From assembly GCA_043228905.1 (NCBI GenBank), contig JBHGNT010000021.1, forward strand, positions 11,036,001 through 11,100,000: DNA of 64,000 bases. The letters are read 5' to 3'. Under the pieces are notes generated by a model. The model saw nothing but the letters and a program-made list of their open reading frames with translations, made no database searches and was not told where the DNA came from. The number at the start of each line of letters is the position of its first letter. Position 1 is the stretch's first letter. Positions 1 to 9,431 of the stretch are shown in pieces. The position numbers and the translations under genes were made by a program. The DNA comes from Azolla caroliniana (taxonomy: Eukaryota; Plantae; Polypodiophyta).

Positions 1-3000
1 TCTAATGAAGTCCTTCATCCATATTATTTCCTTGCCGGCTTCAACAGCCGCCATGTACTCCGCCTCCGTGGTTGACAATGCAACCGTCTTCTGCAGCCTC
101 GACTGCCACGAAACAGCTCCCCCTGCATACGTCATCACATACCCTGATGTGGAACGGCTGGTATCTTCATCAGCCGACATATCCGAATCGGTAAAGCCAT
201 CGAGTTCGGGCTTACCGGAGCCGAATCGGAGGCACACGTTTGCCGTGCCCTTCAGGTATCGAAGTATCCACTTGACCGCGTTCCAGTGGTCTTTGCCGGG
301 ATTGCTCATGTACCGGCTCACCACTCCGACTGCGTATCCTATGTCCGGTCTTGTACACACCATTGCGTACATCAAGCTTCCGACGGTAGAGGCATATGGT
401 ACTTTCATCATGTCCTCCTTCTCAGCCTTTGTCTTGGGGCTTTGCTTGCTGGACAACTTGCAGTTTGCCGGGAGGGTTGACCCGACCGGTCTTGCTTCCG
501 ACATGTTGAACCGGTGAAGCACCTTTGTCACGTACTTCTCCTGTGACAGCCACAACTGCTTCTTCTTCCGGTCCCGGATGATGTGCATCCCTAGTATTTG
601 CCTCGCCGGACCCAGGTCCTTCATTGAGAAGGTTCGGTGAAGCGCTTTCTTCAGCGTCCGTATCTTGACCTGGTCCCGTCCGACGATCAACATGTCGTCC
701 TCGTATAGGAGGAGTATTAGAAAGTCTCCTCCTTCGAACTTCTTCACAAACACGCAGTGATCGGACTGCGTTTTGTGGTACCCTTCGTCGGTCATGAAGG
801 AGCCGAACTTCCGGTACCATTGCCGGGGAGCCTGCTTCAGTCCGTAAAGGCTCTTCTTCAACTGGCATACCAGGTGCTCCTTCCCTTTCTTCTCGAATCC
901 TTCCGGTTGCTGCATGTAGATCTCTTCTTCGAGGTCACCGTGAAGGAATACCGTCTTCACGTCCATCTGTTCTATCTCGAGGTCCATGCTTGCCGCTATG
1001 CTCAGCACCGTCCGGATGGAGGTCATCTTCACTACCGGGGCAAATATCTCGTCGAAGTCGACGCCCTTCTTCTGCTGAAACCCCTTCACCACGATCCTGG
1101 CTTTGTATCTCGGGGGGTTTCCGGCATCTCTCGGTTTCAGCTTGAACACCCACTTGTTTCGAAGTGCCCGCTTTCCTTTCGGCAACTCCACAAGTTCATA
1201 TGTGTGGTTTTCATGCAGGGAATCCATCTCGTCCTGCATGGCACTCAACCACCTGCGGCTCTGGGTGTCATGCTTTGCTTCTTCAAAGCTCTCCGGCTCC
1301 CCCTCGTCGGTTAGCAGCACGTGCTCTGGTTCCGGAAATCTCCGGGGGGCCCTTCTCTCTCTTAGAGGATATCTCCGTTCCGGAGCTTCGGTAACCGGTT
1401 CTTCCGATTCTTCTTCATCCGAATCCATTTCGGGATCGGGGCCGGTTCCGGTATCATTTTCATCTTCTTCGGCCGGTTCTGTTTCTTCACCGTCTTCGGC
1501 CGGATCCTCGAGTGCTAACCGGTCCCTTGCCGGTCGGGACTGCTCCTCGTAGAGTTGATCCTCACCGGTCGACTTGGAGCTCTTCATCTTCTTCTCCGAC
1601 TCCCAGTCGGCGAGTGTCTTGTCCTCCATGAAGATGATATCTCGACTCCTGAATATCTTCTTGTCGACCGGGTCCCATACTCGGTAGCCGAACTCGTCGT
1701 CGCCGTAACCGAGGAATATGCATGGCCGGGTCTTTGGATCTAACTTTCCTCTCCGGTCCTTTGCCACATGCACGTATGCGAGACACCCGAACACCTTCAG
1801 ATGCCGGTAGGACACTTCCTTACCGGTCCACACTTTCTGCGGCGTGTCTCCGTCCAAAGGTACTGAGGGTGATCTATTTATCACATACGTCGCCGTCGAC
1901 ATTGCCTCAGCCCAAAATCCCTTGGGTAATTTCGCATGTGCTAGCATACTCCGGACCCTCTCCATTATGGTCCGGTTCATCCTCTCGGCCAGCCCGTTCA
2001 GTTCCGACGTCTTCGGCACAGTAAACTCGAGCCGGATTCCCTTCGAGCGACAGTACTCCTGGAACTGCCCCCGGTAATCCCCTCCGTTATCCGCTCGTAT
2101 CGCTTTCAGCTTCTTGCCGGATTCCCTTTCCACTCTCGCGTGGAGTTCTTTGAAGACGGACAATACTTGGTCCTTTGTCTTCAACGGTGCCGTCCACAGT
2201 TTCCGGCTGTGGTCATCAATGAATGTCATGAAGTACTGGGCTCCGCCATGTGACTTCGTTTCTACTTGACACACGTCAGTGTGCACCAACTCCAATGGTG
2301 CGCTACGTCTCGTCGGTGGCCTTGTGTGGAAGGAGGTCCGGTTTTGCTTACCGGCCAGACAATCGGTGCACTTCTCCAGGTGCACATGCTTCACTGGAAT
2401 AAGGTTGTCTTCTGCAAGCCTCTTCATCCCCTTTTCACTCATGTGGCACAGTCTCTTGTGCCATAGCTCACCGGCAGTGTCAACTGCCACGTTCAGCTCC
2501 TCCGGACATAGTCGGGAATTCATCAGGTACAGTGTGTTGATCTTCCGGGCCCGAGCCACTATCAGGCTCCCTTTGCTGAACTTCATGACATTGTTCCGGA
2601 GGCTACCCGTGTAGCCTTCATCGTCTAGCCTCCCGGCCGAAATCAGGTTCAATCGAACCTCCGGAACGTGTCGAACATCCTTCAGCAGCATCTTGCATCC
2701 GGTTGATGTCATCAGCCACACGTGTCCTATGCCGGCAATCCGGCATGTGCCTTCATTTCCCATCCGGACACAGCCGTGCTCACCGGCTGTGTAGGATGAG
2801 AAGTATCTTCTCTCCGGGGTCAGGTGGAACGATGCTCCGGAATCGACCACCCAGGTCGTCTCATCGCCGGCAATGTTTAGTTCCCTCTCTTCGGTAATGA
2901 GCATTATCTCTTCTTCACTTGCCGCGAGTGGCGTCGTTCCTTTCCGGTCCTGCCCTCGCCGATCCGGACCTCTCCGGTCCGTGGCTCCCCGGTATGCACC

Positions 3001-3801
3001 GTTTCTCTCCGGTGACTTCTTCGAATCGGTGTCGTCGGCTCCGTTGTCCTTTCGGTAATGCCGACAATTCTTCCGGAAGTGCCCCGGCTTCCCACTGTGG
3101 AAGCAGGTGGGTCTTCCTCTTGACTGCGACCGGGTCCCCGACTTCTCCCGTCTTTGCGGACTCCGGTTCCATTGTCTTCCCCGTTCCGATTCGGTAAGCA
3201 GCGCCTTCAAGTCGGAGGCCGGTTCTTTATCTCTCCGATGCGCTTCTTCGTTCAAAATGCTTGTCTTTACCGTTTGTAGAGACAAGTTATCTTCGGTGCA
3301 GGAGGTGCTGAGAGTCACCACCAAGTTCTCCCAGCTTTCCGGCAATGTACACATCAGAATGATGGCTTGCATTGCATCCTCCAACGAGAACTTGATCGCC
3401 GCAAGCTGGTTCACGAATCCCATGAACGTGCTCACGTGTTCCACCATATTCTCGCCGTCCCGGTACTTGAGGTTCACTATCTTCCTCATCAGGGAGGTCC
3501 GGTTCAACGCATTCTTCCTCTCGTAGAGGCCCGACAGCTTCCGCCACATCTCATATGCGTTGGTGTCGTTCGCCACATGTTGTAGAACGCTCACGTCGAC
3601 GTATTGCCGAATGGTTGCAACGGCTTTCCGGTTCAGGAGCTTCCACTCCGACTCTATTACTCCCTTGGGTATCTCGGCATTGTCGATCGGTTCGTACAGG
3701 TCTCGGACGATGAGAAGGTCTTCCATCTTTATCTTCCAGTCGGCGTAGTTCTGTGAGTTCAACACCATCATGCCCGGAGGCCCACTACCGCCGCCTTCCA
3801 T
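1..3801 (-). CDS. Copia gag-pol polyprotein, runs off window edge; RT motif reads YEDD
   Basis: ATG at 3801 (MEGGGSGPPGMMVLNSQNYADWKIK); colinear with 31076-35149. Absent from the ORF track, probably because no stop lies inside the window. Confidence 0.85.
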   Translation of the reverse strand, partial: MEGGGSGPPGMMVLNSQNYADWKIKMEDLLIVRDLYEPIDNAEIPKGVIESEWKLLNRKAVATIRQYVDVSVLQHVANDTNAYEMWRKLSGLYERKNALNRTSLMRKIVNLKYRDGENMVEHVSTFMGFVNQLAAIKFSLEDAMQAIILMCTLPESWENLVVTLSTSCTEDNLSLQTVKTSILNEEAHRRDKEPASDLKALLTESERGRQWNRSPQRREKSGTRSQSRGRPTCFHSGKPGHFRKNCRHYRKDNGADDTDSKKSPERNGAYRGATDRRGPDRRGQDRKGTTPLAASEEEIMLITEERELNIAGDETTWVVDSGASFHLTPERRYFSSYTAGEHGCVRMGNEGTCRIAGIGHVWLMTSTGCKMLLKDVRHVPEVRLNLISAGRLDDEGYTGSLRNNVMKFSKGSLIVARARKINTLYLMNSRLCPEELNVAVDTAGELWHKRLCHMSEKGMKRLAEDNLIPVKHVHLEKCTDCLAGKQNRTSFHTRPPTRRSAPLELVHTDVCQVETKSHGGAQYFMTFIDDHSRKLWTAPLKTKDQVLSVFKELHARVERESGKKLKAIRADNGGDYRGQFQEYCRSKGIRLEFTVPKTSELNGLAERMNRTIMERVRSMLAHAKLPKGFWAEAMSTATYVINRSPSVPLDGDTPQKVWTGKEVSYRHLKVFGCLAYVHVAKDRRGKLDPKTRPCIFLGYGDDEFGYRVWDPVDKKIFRSRDIIFMEDKTLADWESEKKMKSSKSTGEDQLYEEQSRPARDRLALEDPAEDGEETEPAEEDENDTGTGPDPEMDSDEEESEEPVTEAPERRYPLRERRAPRRFPEPEHVLLTDEGEPESFEEAKHDTQSRRWLSAMQDEMDSLHENHTYELVELPKGKRALRNKWVFKLKPRDAGNPPRYKARIVVKGFQQKKGVDFDEIFAPVVKMTSIRTVLSIAASMDLEIEQMDVKTVFLHGDLEEEIYMQQPEGFEKKGKEHLVCQLKKSLYGLKQAPRQWYRKFGSFMTDEGYHKTQSDHCVFVKKFEGGDFLILLLYEDDMLIVGRDQVKIRTLKKALHRTFSMKDLGPARQILGMHIIRDRKKKQLWLSQEKYVTKVLHRFNMSEARPVGSTLPANCKLSSKQSPKTKAEKEDMMKVPYASTVGSLMYAMVCTRPDIGYAVGVVSRYMSNPGKDHWNAVKWILRYLKGTANVCLRFGSGKPELDGFTDSDMSADEDTSRSTSGYVMTYAGGAVSWQSRLQKTVALSTTEAEYMAAVEAGKEIIWMKDFIR

Positions 3802-3817
3802 TTTCTGTGTTACCGTC

Positions 3818-3829
3818 GCTCTGATACCA
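3818..3829 (-). promoter_or_regulatory. PBS (tRNA-iMet)
   Basis: TGGTATCAGAGC on minus strand, 3 nt inside the LTR. Confidence 0.9.
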
Positions 3830-3832
3830 AAT

Positions 3833-4466
3833 TGTTGAAAAATAGTGCTCGGCCACAACCGAGGAATAGGATCAACTCACAGAAAACGGGAAATACAAAA
3901 TGCACGAGGACAATAGAGAGAAAGGTACACTGGATATTTTACGTGGAAAACCCTAAATGGGAAAAACCACAGGAGTCCTCAAACTCCAACTATCACTATG
4001 AACAGGGATGCACACTGGTGAAGCTGCAAGGCAACAACCTTGAGCTCACTGTCTTCGCCACAGGCGGCGGTAATACACAGAGGCAACGACCTCTTCGTCT
4101 CTCTCTCTCTCTCTCTCTCTGCTGCACTCTCGGCTGCTCTCACTTCGCATAAAAATGAGCAACAACTACAAAACTGTTTGCCCTAAGTCATATTTATACA
4201 CATATGACTTTCGGGCTATTTACAAATATGGCCTCAAGGGCCCTTGGAAAACATATTCACAAATATGTCCCCGCATCCGGATCTCTCTCCGGGTACATTC
4301 ATCATCCGGCTCCGTAGCCGGGTCTTCGTCATCCGGCTCCGTAGCCGGGGTCTTCATCATCCGTCTCCGTAACCGGGCACTCTTCATCCTCCGGTTCCGT
4401 AACCGCAACCGGGCTTGCCGTCATTCATCTCCGGACATCCCATCCGGAGGGACCGAAATCCCAACA
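3833..4466 (-). repeat. 5' LTR of Copia A1 with four ~27-29 bp tandem units in U3
   Basis: Starts TGTTGGGATTTCGGTCCCTCC as in the A2 LTRs; ends TTTCAACA. Confidence 0.9.
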
Positions 4467-4983
4467 GATATGTATCTGTGATTTTATACGATTATGAGTG
4501 TGAATGTAAGTGTGAGTGTGGTAGATACAAAGAGGCGTGAATGAGTGACTAGGTGTGAATGCCAAGGGGGCTTGCACCCTTGTGGATCTACCCCTTTGTA
4601 CCTATTTAACCCCTTATGGGGAATGAAAGAATCATTTCTCTCTATCTATCTCTCTTTTCATCTCTCTCTCTCTCTCTCTTCCCTCCCCTTAACGTTGAAC
4701 CCCCTTGAGAGGGGGGTGGAGCCATTCTAGGCACCACCCCCCACCCCGCAATGCTTCTCAATGCACATGATCTCTCTCGCCATCAATCCCATACTCTCCA
4801 TCATCATCATAATCACCATGTATATCTTCATTAATCTACCATGATTGTTAACCCTATTCCTATCTTTATCATTATCATACCCTAACCCTAAAAACATACA
4901 ACACACCTCTTCTAAAGTTAGTTCGGAGAGGTAATCGAGTTTCAGAAGAATGAATCTTACCATCTTTGAAGAATATTGTGAAG
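4467..4983 (+). repeat. ~517-bp direct repeat, copy 1 (copy 2 at 6260-6774); includes an LTR portion cut by the A1 insertion
   Basis: Near-identical from GATATGTATCTGTG to GAATATTGTGAAG. Confidence 0.9.
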
Positions 4984-4999
4984 ATGGCCGGACCGGACG

Positions 5000-5640
5000 G
5001 GCCAGACAAACGAACGGAGGACCAGGAGATAGGGTCGGACACGGATAACCGGCGGCAGCAAAAATCAGCGACCGGACAGACAGCCGGAGCAACTGAATAA
5101 CAACCAGAATGGCAACACCATGCCGAAAAGCGATAGGAATGGCCGGACAGCCGACGGTCGGAACAACGATGACGTTGAAACGATAGGCCGGACAATCGAA
5201 CAGTGGTTGGAGGGCCGGAAAGACAATAACGGCCAGTTCGGACAGATGGACCAGACGGAGTCAGAGACACAGACAGACAACGTTGGACGAGGACGAACCG
5301 ACAGACGACAGTGACGGATAGACAACGACGACGGATGGTGATGGTGATGACGACGGTGACGGTGATGGCGACGGAGCCAGAGACGGAAAGAGAAACGAAA
5401 ACAGAGATAGAGACGGAAATGAACACAAGAACAGAGCGTGACAGCCACGGACAATGGACATAGCGGTGGTGAAAGAAGGAAGAAGAAACAGAAAACGGAG
5501 ATGAAGGAAAGAAAGAGAGAAAGGGAAGAAGAAATAGAAAACACAGAGGAAGAGACGTTGAAGAAGAAGAAAACAAGAAGCAAGAGAAAAAAAGAAGGAA
5601 ACAAGAAAAGAGAAAAGAGGGAAAAAGAGAATGATAAGGG
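5000..5640 (+). repeat. Low-complexity GAC/GGAC- and purine-rich tract
   Basis: Short degenerate repeats; its ORFs are compositional artefacts. Confidence 0.6.
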
Positions 5641-5876
5641 GCATGCGAAGAAATTTTAAAATGTTGAGGGTAGCAGTCTAAAATTTCAGAAACCTGGGGG
5701 TATTGAATGAAATTTTCAAAACTCGAGGGTATATAATAAAAATTTTAAAAATCAAAGGGCACCTACAAAAATTTGAAAACTCATCAACCTAAAAGAAATG
5801 GACACGATCGACACACAACTCACAAAATCAACAAAAGGAACACACATACATACAACGTTTTTTTGACGACCCAAAT

Positions 5877-6099
5877 GATGTTACCGAAGTTCGTGAACTG
5901 ACAGAACGGGAATGTTCATGTCGATGAAGATTCGCTGACCAACGGAGATGTTCGCGTCAAGCGCTTCGATCGAGGGAGTCGATCGTTGATGTTACTAAAG
6001 TTCGTAAGTTGACAGAACGATAATGTTTGTGTCGCGGAAGAGTCGCTAACCGACGGAGATGTTCGAGTCAAGCGCTTCGATCGAGGGAGTCGATCGTTG
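5877..6099 (+). repeat. Two tandem copies of a 111-bp unit
   Basis: GATGTTAC..CAAGCGCTTCGATCGAGGGAGTCGATCGTT starting at 5877 and 5988. Confidence 0.85.
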
Positions 6100-6147
6100 A
6101 GAGGACCGATGGAAATTCCAGTCGAAGAAAAATTATGATCAAGGCAT

Positions 6148-6187
6148 GTGGGATCGACGTGCAAGGACCTTTCCCACAGGCGTGCCA
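6148..6187 (+). promoter_or_regulatory. tRNA 3'-end copy (antisense PBS) upstream of an LTR
   Basis: GTGGGATCGA-CGTGCAAGGACCT-TTCCCACAGGCGTGCCA, then TATTG and TGTTACC. Confidence 0.65.
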
Positions 6188-6192
6188 TATTG

Positions 6193-6542
6193 TGTTACCG
6201 TATGAGATGTACGGGTGATTGATAAATATGATAAGTGAGGTTGAAAGATGTAATGTGTTGATATGTATCTGTGATTTTATACGATTATAAGTGTGAATGT
6301 AAGTGTGAGTGTGGTAGATACAAAGAGGCGTGAATGAGTGACTAGGTGTGAATGCCAAGGGGGCTTGCACCCTTGTGGATCTACCCCTTTGTACCTATTT
6401 AACCCCTTATGGGGAATGAAAGAATCATTTCTCTCTATCTATCTCTCTTTTCATCTCTCTCTCTCTCTCTTCCCTCCCCTTAATGTTGAACCCCCTTGGG
6501 AGGGGGGTGGAGCCATTCTAGGCACCAGCCCCCACACCGCAA
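6193..6542 (+). repeat. LTR (right end uncertain); related start at 7604
   Basis: TGTTACCGTATGAGATG start; CCTATTTAA TATA-like site followed by CT-rich tract. Confidence 0.6.
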
Positions 6543-6849
6543 TGCTTCTCAATGCACATGATCTCTCTCGCCATCAATCCCATACTCTCCATCATCATCA
6601 TAATCACCATATCTATCTTCATTAATCCACCATGATTGTTAACCCTATTCCTATCTTTATCATTATCATACCCTAACCCTAAAAACATACAACACACCTC
6701 TTCTAAAGTTAGTTCGGAGAGGTAATCGAGTTTCAGAAGAATGAATCTTACCATCTTTGAAGAATATTGTGAAGTCAATTTTTGCTGTAAGAAAAGACTG
6801 TGGCAAATACATCGAATAATAAGCTCTATAAGAATAAAGCACAATGTGA

Positions 6850-7150
6850 AAGCCTCGGCAAATTCGTCCACGCTCGAACTGATTCCAACTTTTCGAATTG
6901 TCACCTTGTTGACGGATTGAAGATCTTGGATGAATCGCAATGATCCATTCTTCTTCGGCACCGTGAACCACCTATTAGAGTAAGGAGCATTGGACGATTT
7001 TAGAATACCCATATTCACTTTCTCCTTTAAGAGCTCGATCAACTTCGGAAGGTGCGCTCTTGGAACTGGTATCGGTTTCAAATTCCAAGGCACATGCGGC
7101 ACCGTGAAGATCACCATCGGCTCTATCGTCCTTGGATCAACACATCCGAT
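6850..7150 (-). pseudogene. Gypsy RT N-terminal fragment of the Y-like family
   Basis: IGCVDPRTIEPMVIFTVPHVPWNLKPIPVPRAH..WFTVPKKNGSLRFIQDLQ matches the ORFs at 14233 and 36534. Confidence 0.9.
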
Positions 7151-7596
7151 TGTTATTGCTAGGGTCGGACAACAGCCTAACACAGGGTGTCCACTTAAGA
7201 CACTTTACCAAAGGGTGGTACGATAGAATGATTCACGGCACAACGCTTAATTAGACCTTAATTGGTTACTTAGCAATCCGTAATTAACACGCGTAAGATA
7301 TAACAATGAATACAGAACGTTAATCAACGCTGGAAGATTAAGGCAATAAGCTTTATTAATTATCCACTCTTGATTACATTGTAACCGGGCCTTTATATAG
7401 GTCTCCGGTGCGAAATACAAAACGGTGCCAACCGGCACCTTTACGGGATCGTTCCGGATCCGGATCGGCATACCGATTCCGGTCCGTCCGTCCACATCTT
7501 CTTATATAATAATATATATTAAGACTACTAATTACAACAGTTCCTGAATAACTATTCCTTTCACACTCTGGTTTGAACCTCCTTAAGCCTTCTTGC
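7151..7596 (-). repeat. LTR of Gypsy family A, missing ~12 nt of its 5' end
   Basis: Matches 12228-12509 and 12510-12747; related to 61719-62137. Confidence 0.85.
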
Positions 7597-7740
7597 AATA
7601 TTGTGTTACCCCGTACGAGATGTACGGAGAGTCAATGTGATGAGCGAGAGTCAAATGTTATCATGATGATTGTTATGTGTGTGTAGGCGGCATAAATGTA
7701 ATTGTGAGTCGATACGTATGTGCATGTGCATGTGGATGGA

Positions 7741-8830
7741 TACGAGGAGGTAATACTACGGGAGGCACACTGCGGAGTCACCGGAGGCCATTATGCCGGA
7801 GATGCGACGGCAAGGAAAGTATGGCAAAGTGGTCTATGGTGGCCGACCACATTGAAAGATGCGGTCTGGTATGCGAAGGAGTGTGATCTATGCCAACGAA
7901 TGGGTCAGCCAACGGAACAAGCTCGGATGCCACACCAGCCAGTCCTACCACTAGAACCATTCCAGAAATGGGGGTTGGATTTTGTCGGGCCATTTAAACC
8001 ACCGGCAATGAGAACCGGAAACTGGTACGTGATCGTCGCAACGGATTACTGCACTAAGTGGGTGGAAGCGAAAGCCCTACGAGACAACACCGCGGCGTCA
8101 ACAGCAAAATTCTTATACGAATGCATTTGGGGCCGGTACGGATGCCCCATGGAGCTAATAAGTGACCAAGGAGGGCACTTTCTTGGACAGGTGGTAGAAA
8201 GTTGGACGACGTTCTATGCGGTAGTACATAAACGAAGCACACCGTACTATCCGCAAGCAAATGGGTTAGCTAAGTCGACGAACAAAACGCTCCAGAATAT
8301 CCTCCGGAAGATCATCAATGAAAATCGGACAGATTGGGACATGAAGCTGCACAATGCGCTCTGGGCTTACCGGACAATGTACAAAACAAGCATCCGAACA
8401 ACACCGTTCCGGTTAGCATTCGGATTAGAGGCAGTCATGCCGGTCGAGTTCCAGGGACCAAGCTTACGGATTCAGATTCGGGAACGATTGAACGAAAAGG
8501 AATCGGAGGCAATTCGGTTAAAGGCTCTGTGTGAACTGGAAGAACACCGACTGGCGAGCATTATGCACCTAGAATTGGAACAACGGAGACGGAAAGCATT
8601 TGTAGATCGGCACCGGAACGGAAACGAAAAGATGTTCGGAACCAGCAAGCCGGTACTCATGTAAACTTCAGTTTAGATGGACCGGACCGTACTGGATCAC
8701 ACGCGAGTTCAATGGGTCCTACCAGTTGGGGACACTTGCCGGAGAAGTGTTGGGCAAATGGGTGAACGGATTTAGAATAAAACCATACAAAGGACCGATG
8801 CCTAAGAACCCATTTGAACGAAGGGCCGCC
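7741..8830 (+). pseudogene. Gypsy integrase (HHCC and DDE core; C-terminus disrupted)
   Basis: EAHCGVTGGHY..CDLCQR..WGLDFVGPF..SDQG..YPQANGLA. Confidence 0.92.
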
Positions 8831-9431
8831 ACTGAATCAGACGCCAGCAGGCCAACCATAACGACAACCGGTGAAGACGACGGCTACCACCAAGCCAGTA
8901 AGGAGGAGCATGACCCGGCAACCGAGGACAGCAAAACGACGGCAAACCGTCAAGAGGCCGGCAAGTTGCATGTTTCGGGTAAAGGTCCGACAAGACCGGA
9001 GAAAAACTAACCACACAAGTTAAGAGAAAAAAAAAAAGAGGAAAAAAGAAGAAGAGAATAAAGGAGCGAATCAAATAAATCATGGAAAGGAGTGGTGGAA
9101 ACGGCCATGCACACGAGGAGTAAAGAGGCACGTCGAAAAGGTACAAGGAGCTATGAATAGGACATTAAACCACCGCCACATGGCACACAATGTTATTATA
9201 GTACACGACCTACACATGCGAAGGCTCGAAAAAGGTGCCAGGATGTAGAGAGAAAAACCCCAACGCATCGAGACCTTCTCCTATCGCGAACCAAGGAGAA
9301 TAGACGCAGAGCGACGCGTGAAGATAAGTCGTAGAGAGCTCGCACACAAAGAACCCCGTCCCTCAGAACTTTCACTCTCACACTCTCCCCACCATCAAAC
9401 CTCGCCAACGCTCTCCGACCTCGACGCAGAG

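Larger units (their letters stand above)
1..4466 (-). mobile_element. Ty1/Copia LTR retrotransposon A1 (3' end outside window), sister of A2 at 30419-35786
   Basis: 5' LTR 3833-4466 (TG..CA), Met-type PBS. Shadow ORFs map onto those of A2 with constant coordinate sum 34877, so the coding regions are colinear. Confidence 0.95.

Noticed and set aside
5-3750. Many short ORFs repeated at 31.1-34.9 kb
   Set aside because: Shadow frames of the GC-rich Copia gag-pol, duplicated only because the element is.
4875-5644. Ser/Phe-rich ORFs and ACCCTAA telomere-like words
   Set aside because: Low-complexity artefacts; only two telomere-like units.
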